Assembly (NCBI GenBank): GCA_002402825.1
Contig: DHGP01000027.1
Location: 104,307-168,306 of the forward strand
Source: Firmicutes bacterium UBA4795
GTDB taxonomy: Bacteria > Bacillota > Desulfotomaculia > Desulfotomaculales > Nap2-2B
DNA length: 64,000 nucleotides
Reading direction: 5' to 3'
In this document: positions 36,423-46,717 of the stretch, one piece after another
Numbering within the stretch: the first letter of the stretch is position 1
Layout of the letters: every line of letters begins with the position of its first letter
Program-made: the position numbers and the translations under genes
Notes under the pieces: generated by a model
Database searches by the model: none
Told to the model about the DNA's origin: nothing
Seen by the model: the letters and a program-made list of their open reading frames with translations, nothing else

Positions 36423-36640
36423 GAAATAACTTCCTCCCATAACTTTAAGGTTTCCTTAGCTTCATTTAAATCAATTTTGCCAATAGCGTGGCCAGCGTGA
36501 ATCATTAAATACTCTCCCGGGGTTATTTTTTCGTCTATTAAACGCGTATCAACCTTTAATTGCACGCCTAATCTATCTACAACTGCCCAGTGACCAGCGG
36601 TATTAACTTCCACTACTATTCCTGGAATCCCAAGACACAT
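36416..36640 (-). CDS. hypC: [NiFe] hydrogenase maturation chaperone HypC
   Basis: HypC must begin MCLGIPG (essential N-terminal Cys), which fixes the start at the ATG at 36640 rather than at the ORF-track 36652. Confidence 0.92.
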   Translation of the reverse strand: MCLGIPGIVVEVNTAGHWAVVDRLGVQLKVDTRLIDEKITPGEYLMIHAGHAIGKIDLNEAKETLKLWEEVISC

Positions 36641-38955
36641 TCTTTTTGCCACCTCCTGTCCGCAACCATAGCCTGGCCTAAGGCTATACCTCCGTCATTG
36701 GCAGGTATCTGCTTATGATAAAGCACCTGGTAACCCTGGGAAGTTAATTGTCTTCTAATTGCCTGAAAAAGATAACGGTTTTGCCAGCTTCCGCCACTTA
36801 AAGCTACTTTTTTTAGCCCTGTTTCACCGGCCAACTTATTTATTATATCACAAATTAAATAGCTCAGGGTTTGGTGAAACTTAGTAACTATTACGGGGAC
36901 CGCGACACCCTTTTTTTGGTCATTTAAAATTTCTCTAATTAGCCAGGTAGGCCTGATTATTTCTCCTTTAATTTCGTACGGGTAAGGTTTAAGCATTGCC
37001 CCTTCTTCTATAGGCAAAACCAATTCTCCTAATTCTGTCGCCGCCTGACCCTCGTAAGTGTTTTCCAGACAAACCCCTAAGGTCGCGGCTACGGCATCAA
37101 AAAGCCGGCCACAACCGCAGGCTAAAGGAAGATTCAGTTTACTTTCTAAAATCCGGGCTACCAGAAATACTTCTTTATCTGGAAAAAGGCTTTGGGCCAA
37201 CTCAGTTCCTTCCTCACCCATAAAGGTAATTAAATAGGCTACGGCTGTTCGCCAGGGTTGGCGAATAGCTTTTTCTCCTCCCGGCAAAGGAACATAAGCC
37301 AAATGATACCTTCTTTTAAAGGAATGATAACTTCCGGTTAAAAACTCAAATCCCCAAAGACACCCGTCCGTTCCGTAACCCGTTCCGTCAAGAATAACCC
37401 CCATTACTTCTTCATCATCTTCAACCTTATTGTCCGCCAGACAAGCCGCCAGGTGGGCGTGGTGGTGCTGGACGCCAATATGTTTTTGAGCCGGAATTTG
37501 CCTGGCCACCTCACTACTTTTATAGTCAGGGTGTAAATCAAAGGCAACAATTTCCGGGGTTATCCCCAGTAACCTTTGCCAATGTTTTTGGCTTAAAGAT
37601 AAATTTTCTTCTCCCTCCAGCCAATCTAACTCGCCTATATGTTGGCTTAAAAAAGCCTGCTCCCCTTTTAAAAAGCAAAAGCAATTTTTCATCTCCCCGC
37701 CTATACCTAAGATTACCGGGGCATTCTTTGGACGCGGGATAAATATACTTTGAGGAACGTATCCCCGTGAGCGCCGCATGAACATAGTCTCTTTCTCCGC
37801 TACAGTTACTAAAGAATCATCGCAACGGTTAATAATCTCCCGGTTATGCCAGAGAATATAGTCCGCCAGTCTTCCTAATATTTTAAGCGCCTGCTCGTTA
37901 TCTTTAACTAAAGGAAGTTCTCTATAATTACCACTGGTCATAATTAAAATATCAAAAGGGCCGGCAAAAAGAAACAAATGCAAAGGAGTATAAGGAAGCA
38001 TTACTCCCAAGGTTTTTAGGCCGGGAGCTATTTCGGCAGGTAAATTGCCGTTTGGTTTCTTATTCAAAATAACAATGGGCGCTTCTTTAGCCTGCAGGAG
38101 GGCAGCTTCGGCCTCGCTTACCGTACAGTATTTCCTAACCGCTTTAAGGTCCCGGCACATCACCGCAAAAGGTTTTGCCTGCCGGCCCTTGCGCTGGCGT
38201 AAAACTTGTACGGCTAACCTGTCCTGCGCTAAACAGGCTAAATGAAAGCCCCCTAAGCTTTTAAGAGCAAGGATTTTTCCCTTTTGTAAAATATCCCAAC
38301 AACTTTTTAGCCAATCTTTTGTAGCCACAACCTCTCCCTGGTTAGTCACTAATTCTACCTGCGGACCACAAACCGGGCAAGCCACCGGTTGGGCGTGGAA
38401 GCGCCGGTCACGGGGATTGTGGTATTCAGCGGCACAGGCCTGACACATAACAAAACCGGCCATAGAAGTATTAGTCCGGTCATAAGGCACCTCAATGGTA
38501 ATAGTAAACCGGGGACCGCAGTTAGTACAATTAGTAAAAGGGTATTTATAATGCCGGTCAAAAGGATCGTTTGTTTCCCGGGCACAATCAGGGCAAATAG
38601 CCACGTCGGGAGGGATTAAAGCTTCTCTTTCCGCTAACTCTTCGCTTTTTAAGATAACAAAAGAGCTTGCTCCTAAAGGGGGTAACTCTTCCCATTCAAA
38701 GGCAGTAATGCGGGAAAGAGAAGGAGGGTTTGCTCTTATGTTTTTGATAAAAGAAAGCACCTTTTCTTTTTCACCCTCGGCTTCAATAATTACCCCTTGA
38801 CTTGAATTCAAAACACTTCCTTTCAACTGGTGGGTTAAAGCTAACTGGTAAACAAAGGGTCGAAATCCTACTCCCTGGACAACTCCCTTTACTTTTATCC
38901 GGTAGCGGACAATTTCTCCGTCTGGCTTACTTTGTCCTTTAGCCACTCTACCCAC
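36616..38955 (-). CDS. hypF: carbamoyltransferase HypF
   Basis: 779 aa with an acylphosphatase domain (VKGVVQGVGFRPFVY), two CxxC-x18-CxxC zinc fingers, and YrdC-like and Kae1-like domains. Confidence 0.96.
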   Translation of the reverse strand: MGRVAKGQSKPDGEIVRYRIKVKGVVQGVGFRPFVYQLALTHQLKGSVLNSSQGVIIEAEGEKEKVLSFIKNIRANPPSLSRITAFEWEELPPLGASSFVILKSEELAEREALIPPDVAICPDCARETNDPFDRHYKYPFTNCTNCGPRFTITIEVPYDRTNTSMAGFVMCQACAAEYHNPRDRRFHAQPVACPVCGPQVELVTNQGEVVATKDWLKSCWDILQKGKILALKSLGGFHLACLAQDRLAVQVLRQRKGRQAKPFAVMCRDLKAVRKYCTVSEAEAALLQAKEAPIVILNKKPNGNLPAEIAPGLKTLGVMLPYTPLHLFLFAGPFDILIMTSGNYRELPLVKDNEQALKILGRLADYILWHNREIINRCDDSLVTVAEKETMFMRRSRGYVPQSIFIPRPKNAPVILGIGGEMKNCFCFLKGEQAFLSQHIGELDWLEGEENLSLSQKHWQRLLGITPEIVAFDLHPDYKSSEVARQIPAQKHIGVQHHHAHLAACLADNKVEDDEEVMGVILDGTGYGTDGCLWGFEFLTGSYHSFKRRYHLAYVPLPGGEKAIRQPWRTAVAYLITFMGEEGTELAQSLFPDKEVFLVARILESKLNLPLACGCGRLFDAVAATLGVCLENTYEGQAATELGELVLPIEEGAMLKPYPYEIKGEIIRPTWLIREILNDQKKGVAVPVIVTKFHQTLSYLICDIINKLAGETGLKKVALSGGSWQNRYLFQAIRRQLTSQGYQVLYHKQIPANDGGIALGQAMVADRRWQKECVLGFQE

Positions 38956-39572
38956 GCCTCCATCCCTTCACCTGTTTTGGCGGAAAGAGGAAACATTACC
39001 AGGTTATTTTTTATTTCTTTTAGCTGCTCTTTTGCCACCGCCAAATCAAAATCGGTATAGGGAAGAAGGTCTATTTTATTTAAAATTACGGCTTCTGCTT
39101 CTTGAAAAACCAAGGGATATTTCTTTGGTTTATCGCTTCCTTCGCTTACACTTAAAATAGCCACTTTATAATTTTCCCCTAAATCAAATTCGGCCGGACA
39201 AACCAGATTACCTACGTTTTCAATAAATAAAAGCTTTATTTTATCTAAGGGTAATCGCTCCAGAGCCTGGGCCACCATTTGGGCGTCCAAATGGCACCCG
39301 CCGTAAGTATTTATCTGCACCGCCGCTACTCCCTGCCCCGCCAGACGTTCGCTGTCAAAAGTAGTGTAAATATCTCCTTCTACTATCCCAATGGAAAACG
39401 AATTTTTTAAGGCCTCAATGGTTTTTTCCAGCAGGGTGGTTTTGCCGGCCCCGGGAGCACTGATTAAGTTTACCGTAGTAATACCACGACGATTTAATAA
39501 ATTACGGTTCTGTTTGGCCAGTTCCTCATTGGCTTTTAACAAGGGTTGAGCCACAATTACTTCCAAGTTCAT
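38895..39572 (-). CDS. hypB: hydrogenase nickel-incorporation GTPase HypB
   Basis: Has the P-loop SAPGAGKTTLLE, ENVGNLVCP and the NKIDL GTPase boxes. The ATG at 39572 (MNLEVIVAQP) follows GAAGGAGAGGAG. The ORF-track extension to 39725 overlaps hypA. Confidence 0.92.
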   Translation of the reverse strand: MNLEVIVAQPLLKANEELAKQNRNLLNRRGITTVNLISAPGAGKTTLLEKTIEALKNSFSIGIVEGDIYTTFDSERLAGQGVAAVQINTYGGCHLDAQMVAQALERLPLDKIKLLFIENVGNLVCPAEFDLGENYKVAILSVSEGSDKPKKYPLVFQEAEAVILNKIDLLPYTDFDLAVAKEQLKEIKNNLVMFPLSAKTGEGMEAWVEWLKDKVSQTEKLSATG

Positions 39573-39915
39573 TCTCCTCTCCTTCGAAAGATATAATATG
39601 TAATTCCCGGCCCTGAATAATTTTAACCTGGCTGCTGGTACAAAAGGGGCAGGAAAAATGGTAATCTTGGGGCCTAAACTCCCGGGTACAGTCCAAGCAT
39701 TGGAGAACAATTTCCTTAGACTCAATTTCTAATTCTGCTTCTTCACAAACAGTCTCTTTTTTTAAAACTTGAAAGGCAAAAATTAAAGCTTTGGGCAAAG
39801 CCATACTTAACTTTCCTACCGCCAGCTTAATTTTAGTTACTTTAGGTAAGTTATTTTCCAGCGCACTTTGCTGTACTATTTTTAATACTTCCGCCATTAG
39901 CGCAGTTTCATGCAT
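39526..39915 (-). CDS. hypA: hydrogenase nickel-insertion protein HypA
   Basis: 129 aa with an N-terminal MHE nickel site and the zinc site CLDC...CPFC. It overlaps the hypB start by 47 nt. Confidence 0.9.
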   Translation of the reverse strand: MHETALMAEVLKIVQQSALENNLPKVTKIKLAVGKLSMALPKALIFAFQVLKKETVCEEAELEIESKEIVLQCLDCTREFRPQDYHFSCPFCTSSQVKIIQGRELHIISFEGEENELGSNCGSTLVKSQ

Positions 39916-40063
39916 TTTTCTAACCTCTTTTAGGGGTAGCCTAATCGTCCCGATTGTGGTACAGGTACTTTTTACCCTAAAGCAAGGTGTTTTCCGTTAT
40001 AAAATATAATTTTTCTCGGATATTTGTCAAGTATCCGGCTAAACAAATAAACCGGGGCAAAAA

Positions 40064-40154
40064 TAGTGGTTAGTGGTGTGTAATTGGGCGTTTGGGGTAC
40101 GAAAACATGTTTTAATAACCCCCTTAAAACCTAATCACTAACCACTAACCACTA
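40064..40154. repeat. long imperfect inverted repeat with a central palindrome in the fdh-hyp spacer
   Basis: TAGTGGTTAGTGGT (40064-40077) is the exact reverse complement of ACCACTAACCACTA (40141-40154). AAAACATGTTTT (40102-40113) sits near the centre. The right arm is part of a tandem heptamer, CACTAAC CACTAAC CACTAA. Confidence 0.65.
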
Positions 40155-40178
40155 ATTTAGTTGGCAACGATGAAGAGA

Positions 40179-40194
40179 CAAGCGAGGACGCTTG
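40179..40194 (-). terminator. candidate terminator hairpin after the formate dehydrogenase operon
   Basis: Minus-strand CAAGCG-UCCU-CGCUUG, 17 nt after the stop at 40211, followed by the moderately U-rich UCUCUUCAUCGUU. Confidence 0.35.
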
Positions 40195-40210
40195 CCCTAC
40201 CGCGTTTACT

Positions 40211-41404
40211 CTATGCCCCACTAGGCACACTTTTTCCCACGCTTGCTCCGTGAGTCACTGCGACTTCTTTAGCGTGCTCTTCCTTAATCAAAATGGGGAA
40301 GTTTTCTACAATAAACAAGTAAGCTAAAATTAAAACACTCCACATGCCTAGAGTAACCAGCCATTCCCAAGGGCTAGGGAAGTAATGACCACCCATCTGG
40401 GTAGCCATTCCGGTAAAAACCACATTCATCCGGTTAAAAATAACCCCTACAATCACTAAAACGGAAGCGGTAACCACACCCCATAGCTTGGTGCGAATGG
40501 CCGGGATGGCGTACATAATAATGGGGATAATAACAAATACAATCATTTCAATTAAAAACATGTTACTTTCAAAAGAGCCGTTAAAGGCTAGAGAAAATAC
40601 CCCCCGATAAACTAAGTCAATTATTTTTACTATCAAGTAAACAATCATCATCCATAAGGTAACCTTAGTCAAACTTTGGAAAATAGGCAGTTCAGGTGTT
40701 CTTTTATAGGCCCTTGCTGCCAGGGTCCCTTCCAGGGTAACCATGGCCGGACCCAAAAAGAAAGCCGACCAAACAAAGAAAAAGCCTATAATCATAGACC
40801 ACCATAAGGGGTGTAATTTATCTACCGCCACAACATAAAGTTGACCTAAGGAGGATTGGTGCAAGGTGGGTAAAATAATTCCTACAATAAGTAAGGGCGT
40901 CATGGCGTAGCCCAAAACCTTTTTTAAGGGGAAGCTTTTAACCCTTTCCAAAAATATATCCCCAAATTCCAAAATTTGCACCGTGGTATAAAGAGCAATA
41001 CACCAAAAGACTTCAAACAAAACCGAATGGTAACCCCAGTAAAAGAAAGGCCGCCAAAAGTTAATCCACCTTCCAATGTCAAATAAAAGAGCTACTAAAG
41101 CAATTACGTAACCCAGCATGGAAGTCAATAAGGCCGCCCGGGCTATAGGTAAATATTTTCCCCGGTGTAAGACGTGAACTATTAAGGCGGTACTAAAACC
41201 ACCACCGGCTAAGGCAATTCCGCAAAGCAAATCAAAACCAATCCACAATCCCCAGGGCCAGTGGTCATTAAGATTAGTTACCATTCCTAAACCAAAAATA
41301 AAACGCACAATAGCTACTATAATCATAAGCGCTACTAAAGCAATTAAAATATACCTGGTAGGAGTAAGCTTAAAGCTCCAGGCTCTTTGCATTAAATTAT
41401 TCAC
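40211..41404 (-). CDS. NrfD/PsrC-type integral membrane subunit of the formate dehydrogenase complex
   Basis: 397 aa with about 9-10 TM helices and the polysulfide-reductase NrfD-like layout. It follows the FeS subunit after a 16-nt gap. No heme-b type FdnI is present. Confidence 0.8.
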   Translation of the reverse strand: MNNLMQRAWSFKLTPTRYILIALVALMIIVAIVRFIFGLGMVTNLNDHWPWGLWIGFDLLCGIALAGGGFSTALIVHVLHRGKYLPIARAALLTSMLGYVIALVALLFDIGRWINFWRPFFYWGYHSVLFEVFWCIALYTTVQILEFGDIFLERVKSFPLKKVLGYAMTPLLIVGIILPTLHQSSLGQLYVVAVDKLHPLWWSMIIGFFFVWSAFFLGPAMVTLEGTLAARAYKRTPELPIFQSLTKVTLWMMIVYLIVKIIDLVYRGVFSLAFNGSFESNMFLIEMIVFVIIPIIMYAIPAIRTKLWGVVTASVLVIVGVIFNRMNVVFTGMATQMGGHYFPSPWEWLVTLGMWSVLILAYLFIVENFPILIKEEHAKEVAVTHGASVGKSVPSGA

Positions 41405-41420
41405 CTCCGGTTAAACAATT

Positions 41421-42254
41421 TTATTTCTTTTCTTCTTCCATTGTTTCTACCGCAGTATACATATCTTCTTCCGCGTGTACTTCAGCCCGCCTTTTAGTGT
41501 AGAAATATAAAGCCGTCAGAATAGCTCCCCAACCTACAAAAATATAAGGCGTCCACCTGAGTACCTCCCAGGAATACAAGGGAATAGGCTTTTCGGAAAC
41601 ACCGGTTTTAAAGCCAATTTCTTCAAAAGGCACATCGGAAAGGTAAAGCCATGATGTGCCGCCGTACTCCTTTTCCCCGTATATATGCTTAATATAAGCA
41701 GGGTTAGCGTCAATTCTTTGCCGGGCCTCGGCCAGCAATTCTTCTTTTTCGCCAAATTTTAAGGCGCCGGAAGGGCAAGCCGCGACGCAGGCAGGTTCCA
41801 GGCCTTCATGCAAGCGGTCGTTGCAAAAACGGCACTTACGCAAAAAAGGAAGGGCCTTGTCCCATTCAAACTTGGGGATATTGAAAGGGCAGGCAATCAT
41901 GCAGTAGCGGCAACCCACACAAAAATCTTGCTTTAACTCCGTTGGTTTGTAAATTACCGGCCCTTCTTTTGTTTTCACAAAAGAATGGGTAAAACAGGCT
42001 GATTCACAGGCCGGCTCTTCGCAATGCATACATTGCCTTTTGACAAAACGCCATTTTATTTGGTTGTCTTTTTCAATTAAGTGATACTCTACCCGCGTCC
42101 AGTTGTAGGCGTTTAATTCCGGGGGGTTGTCCCAGCTGTTATTAAAAGTAGTCGGCGTAGCCGGGATATCATTCCATTGTTTACAGGCTACCTGACAACT
42201 CCGGCAACCAAAACAACGGGTAACATCCACCAAAACACCTTTAGGCATCATCAC
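41421..42254 (-). CDS. formate dehydrogenase iron-sulfur subunit (FdnH/HybA-like, four [4Fe-4S]) with a C-terminal TM anchor
   Basis: 277 aa with four CxxCxxCxxxC-type groups (CFGCRSCQVAC, CMHCEEPAC, CVGCRYCMIAC, CRFC...C) and a hydrophobic helix (YIFVGWGAILTALYFY). Confidence 0.88.
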   Translation of the reverse strand: MMMPKGVLVDVTRCFGCRSCQVACKQWNDIPATPTTFNNSWDNPPELNAYNWTRVEYHLIEKDNQIKWRFVKRQCMHCEEPACESACFTHSFVKTKEGPVIYKPTELKQDFCVGCRYCMIACPFNIPKFEWDKALPFLRKCRFCNDRLHEGLEPACVAACPSGALKFGEKEELLAEARQRIDANPAYIKHIYGEKEYGGTSWLYLSDVPFEEIGFKTGVSEKPIPLYSWEVLRWTPYIFVGWGAILTALYFYTKRRAEVHAEEDMYTAVETMEEEKK

Positions 42255-42290
42255 ACCTCCATTTTAGCTCGTTAGTCTTTAAGCCAATAG

Positions 42291-45200
42291 TTATGCTTTT
42301 TTAATATTGCATAAAAAACCTTTGTACTCAGGAATGCTGGTATTGGCATCACCAATATAAGGCGTTAGATCATTCGCAATGCTTCCCTGGGCTAACCCCT
42401 GGTAACCCCAATGCCAGGGTAAGGCCACAATTTCTATGGTCCTACCGTTTACACTTAAGGGTTTAACAATCGGTAAAACGTTGGCCTTGCATTTAATTTC
42501 ACCCCGGGCGCTGCTTACAATTACCTCATCTCCAGGCTTGATGCCCAGTTTACCGGCTAAAGTTGGCGATATGGTGGCAAACATCTCGGGCATCAATTCT
42601 ACCAGCCAGGGACAGTTTCTCGTTTCCGTACCGGTTTGATAATGCTCAATCAAACGGTGGGTGGTAGCCGCATAAGGGAACTCTTTGCTGGCAGTTTCGG
42701 CCAATTTGGCAAATTCACCTTTCCACCTTTTAGCCAAAGGATTATTTTGCTGCTTACTGATTAAATTTTTCACCGGGCTTTCCACCGGTTCATAGTGTTC
42801 CGGCAAAGGACCTTCCTTCATTCCAGAAGCAAATAAGCGTCCCTGCCCCTCCGGAAGCATAATAAAAGGAGCATTGGCTGTTTTTTCCGGCGGCACCGGC
42901 TCTTTTGTTTCCGGGTCTTTGGCTTTAAAATCAGGAACATCATTGGTTATCCACCTGACCCCATCCCAGGCCACTAAAACTTTTTCCGGATTCCAGGGCC
43001 GGCCGGCTGGGTCAGCCGAACAGCGGTTATAAACAATGCGCCGGTTCAAGGGCCAAGAAAAGGCCCATTTTGGATAGAGACCAAGCCCGCTTTTATCCTC
43101 CCGGCCACGCCTTTTAGCGGCCGGTACTTTAAGTCTCGGGTCCTCCTCTTTGGGGTCAATGGCCCAATAACCACAGTAAATCCATAACCCACAGGCTGTA
43201 GAACCATCATCTTTAAGATTGGCAAAAGTACTTAAAATTTTACCGTCCGCCACCGTATAGCCGTTAATTTCGGTCGCTACTTTTTCTAGGTCCGGCTCTT
43301 CACTCCCCGGCAAATCATAATTCCAGACCATATTTAAGATGGGGTCAGGAAACTTACCACCGCTTTGGTATTCCTGACGGATGGCTTTAAAAATCCGGTC
43401 GGCAATCCAGAGGTCACTTTTTGCTTTACCAGGAGGGTCAATAGCTTTCCAACGGAATTGGACCCAGCGGCCGCTGTTGGTTATTGTGGCCTCTTTTTCG
43501 TAAGAGAAAGCAGCCGGCAGCAGAAAAACTTCGGTTTTTATATTGGCCGGGTTTACCCCTGGGCGCTTCCAAAAAGCAGCTGTTTCGTTTTCAAATACAT
43601 CTATGGAAACCATCCAGTCCAGTTTTTCCAAAGCCATACGCTCAGCAGAAGCCAGAGGTCCGCCTACCGCCGGATTTTGGCCCCAGGCAAAGAGGCCTTT
43701 AACCTTTCCGGCGGCTATATCGGCAAAAATAGCCATATGGGAGTGATCTTTCCCATCTAACTTAGGCAGCCAGTCATAGCAAAAATCATTTTCTTTGGTC
43801 GCAGATTCCCCGTACCAGGCCTTAAGCATACTGATTAAAAATTTAGGTTTATTAGACCAGTAACTTGTCTTAGGTGTTTCCACCTCCAAATAGTCTTTAA
43901 GGGTGGGATGCTTAGGAGCAATAGGGCAGTTAAGATAGCCTGGAATATAGTTGTATAGCATGGCCAAATCTGAAGAACCTTGAACATTTGATTTACCCCG
44001 CTGAGCGTTAACCCCACCACCCGCAATACCAATATTACCCAATAAAAGCTGCAGCATGGCGGTTGCCCGGACGTTTTGGCTTCCGTAACTGTGCTGAGTA
44101 ATTCCCATGGCGTAAATTACATTGCCTGCCTTACCTGGTTTCCCCGTTGTACAATAAGTTGCACAAACTTCCCGCAAAATATCTTCCGGCGTTCCCGTAA
44201 CTTGACTGACTGTTTTCAAGTCATACCGGGAAACATGCCTTTTTAAAATTTGAAAGACACACTGGGGATCCTGTAAAGTGGGGTCCTTTTTAATATTTTC
44301 GCCTTCTTTTTGGTAATCCCACTTTTTACTATCATACGTTAGTTTGCCATCTTTTTCCTCTAAACCAGAAAAAAGACCGTCCGAAAAGCCATATTCAGGA
44401 CTGACTAGGTAAGAAGCGTTGGTATAGTTAACCACATACTCGTGGTGGTAAAGGTTATTTTGAATGGCGTAATTCATAATCCCGTAAAGAAAAGCAATAT
44501 CTGTCCCTGGACGCAAAGGAGCATATATATCTGCTTTTGAAGCTGTTTTGGTAAATCTGGAATCGACCACAATGATTTTTGCTCCTTTTCCCTTGGCCAT
44601 TCCAATGGAATGCATGGCCATAGGGTGGGCTTCGGCCGGGTTGGCCCCAATTATTAAAAACACATCGGTATTTCGATAATCAACAAAATGATTAGTCATT
44701 ACTCCCCGACCAAATGAATTAGCCAGACCGGCTACGGTTGAGGAGTGTCAGAGACGGGCGCAATGGTCTAAATTAAAAACTCCAAGGGCACGCATAAGCT
44801 TATGCATTAAATAATTTTCTTCATTATCAATAGTAGCGCTGCCCAAATGAGCTATGGCCTGGGTACGGTTAACTGTAACCCCTTTATCATCTTTTTCTTC
44901 AAAGTTTTCATCCCGGGTTTTCTTCGCCCTTTTAGCAATTTCTGATAACGCCCAATCCCAGTCCTTTACTTCCCAGTTACTGCTGCCAGGGGCACGGTAA
45001 AGAACCTCCGTTACCCGCTGCCTGTTGGGCACACGCTGGCGACTTTTTTTATCTACAATTGAACTGACATCTGAAATAGTTGTCCCTTTAGGACACAAAG
45101 CCCCTTCATTAATAGGATTATCAGGGTCCCCTTCAATAAATACTACCTTACCGTTTTCCGAATAAACAATAATACCACAACCACATCCACAATAAGCACA

Positions 45201-45377
45201 AACAGAGGCAGTTTCTTTGGTTCGCTTTAATTTAAAAGGACCTAGCTTAAAATCAGGCAAATTTTCTTTAGCTAAAGCGGGTGCTGCGCTAGCTCCTTCA
45301 AATAAAGCCACCCCCGCCGTGCCTATGCCTAAAGATTTTAAGAAATCACGACGGCTAATTTTCTGCATTAATCTCAT
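42291..45377 (-). CDS. fdnG: formate dehydrogenase catalytic subunit, Tat-exported, selenocysteine-containing (TGA at 44748-44750 read as Sec)
   Basis: Two ORF-track pieces (44748-45377 and 42291-44699) are one frame: ...[31 protein letters not shown], the canonical FDH Sec active site. Also has the Tat signal SRRDFLKSLG and the N-terminal FeS motif CAYCGCGC. About 1028 aa. Confidence 0.93.
44701..44750 (-). promoter_or_regulatory. UGA(Sec) codon plus bacterial SECIS hairpin
   Basis: The RNA after the UGA is CACUCCUCAACCGUAGCCGGUCUGGCUAAUUCAUUUGGUCGGGGAGU. The outer stem is ACUCC/GGAGU. The apical hairpin UAGCC-GGUCU-GGCUA (44720-44734) has the same GGUCU loop as the E. coli fdhF SECIS. Confidence 0.8.
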
Positions 45378-45540
45378 TACCCCCCCTTTTTTACCTTAAG
45401 CTAAAAACCTAATTCTTCCCTAATTCTTTATTCTTTTCCTGTAAAACAACTTTAAACCTTATTTATTAAACTTAAAACCCCGTAAACGCCGTTTTTCATC
45501 CCCCTTTCTGTTAAAGACAACTTTCTTAAAATCTCGCCGG

Positions 45541-46329
45541 TTAACCATCAACAACCGCCGCACTTCTAGCCTCTGCCAGTTCGGCCAATTCTTGTTGTTG
45601 TTTTTTGCGGGCTATTCCCCGTTCAACCAGGCGTACAATCCAAACACTTACTTCATAAAGTAAATACATGGGGCCACTAACAATTAAACAAGTAACCACA
45701 TCCGGCGTAGGTGTTAGAATTGCCGCTATTACTACAATAGCCAGTAAAGCATAACGGCGATTTTTGGCTAAAAAGCGGTATTTAACAAGTTCAAGCTTGG
45801 CCAAGAAAAAGCTTATTAAGGGAAATTCAAATATTATCCCAAAAGGCAACAAAAAAGTAATGGTAAAAGAAATATACTTGTCAATGGTTAACATGGGGAT
45901 TAATTCAGGACCGGCAAAACGAAGCAAAAACATTATTCCTAAGCGGTAAACCCCAAAAAACCCAAAAGCTACTCCACCAAGAAAGCAAACAAAGGAAACT
46001 AAAACAAAAAAGGTAAAATAAAATCTTTCGTTTCTTTTTAACGCAGGGGTAATAAAGCTCCATACCTGCCATAATATTACCGGCAAGGCGGCTAAAAAAC
46101 CAACAAAAAAAGACAATTTAATTTTTACCCAAAGAGCTTCCGTAACCCCAGTAAAAATGACTTTATGACCTAATTTAGTTAAAGGTTCTAATAATACGGC
46201 TAAAATCTGGTCACAGAAAAAATACGCCCCCACGGCCAATACTGTGGTAGCCAGGATAGAAACAATTAAAACCCGGCGCAGTTCTTCCAGGTGGTCCATT
46301 ATGGTCATTTCGTCGGTTTTTCCAGCCAA
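45541..46329 (-). CDS. tatC: twin-arginine translocase subunit TatC
   Basis: 262 aa with six TM helices, an N-terminal MTIMDHLEELRRVL box and PFGIIFE typical of TatC. Confidence 0.93.
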   Translation of the reverse strand: MAGKTDEMTIMDHLEELRRVLIVSILATTVLAVGAYFFCDQILAVLLEPLTKLGHKVIFTGVTEALWVKIKLSFFVGFLAALPVILWQVWSFITPALKRNERFYFTFFVLVSFVCFLGGVAFGFFGVYRLGIMFLLRFAGPELIPMLTIDKYISFTITFLLPFGIIFEFPLISFFLAKLELVKYRFLAKNRRYALLAIVVIAAILTPTPDVVTCLIVSGPMYLLYEVSVWIVRLVERGIARKKQQQELAELAEARSAAVVDG

Positions 46330-46386
46330 TGCTTTCCCCCCACTACCACAATCGGGACGATTACGCTACCTAAACGCTTAACCCAT

Positions 46387-46599
46387 TTAACTTTTTACTG
46401 CTTTTATTACGTGCTGCCCTTCCGGTTCTACCTCACTTACGCTTGTCTCTACGTTTTCTGTAATTTCACGTGAGGAACGGCGGAACTCTTTAATGGTTTT
46501 ACCTACCGCTTTTCCTAGTTCTGGCAGTTTACCTGGCCCAAAAATAATCAAGGCCAGGGCTACTATTAATATTAGTTCGGGTACACCAATATGCGGCAT
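46387..46599 (-). CDS. tatA: twin-arginine translocase subunit TatA (operon copy)
   Basis: 70 aa: [36 protein letters not shown]. Confidence 0.9.
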   Translation of the reverse strand: MPHIGVPELILIVALALIIFGPGKLPELGKAVGKTIKEFRRSSREITENVETSVSEVEPEGQHVIKAVKS

Positions 46600-46717
46600 T
46601 AATAAACGACCCCCTTATTAGTATGTTATTTTTACAACTTTAATTTTTATATTCGCTATCAACAGCAAAATTCCTGCTGAAGAAGATTATTTTTTGCGCT
46701 TTTTTAAAGACAGGTCG

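Noticed and set aside
39573-39725. N-terminal 51 codons of the ORF-track version of hypB, overlapping hypA.
   Set aside because: The ATG at 39572 has a strong GAAGGAGAGGAG ribosome-binding site and yields the usual HypB N-terminus. The extension is the hypA region read out of frame.
44699-44750. Apparent split of the formate dehydrogenase catalytic gene into two ORFs (44748-45377 and 42291-44699), which looks like a pseudogene.
   Set aside because: The separating stop is a TGA in the canonical CAR(L/V)-U-HS(S/P)TVAGL active-site context. Both pieces are in the same frame, and an fdhF-like SECIS hairpin follows. I read it as selenocysteine recoding, not as a disruption.
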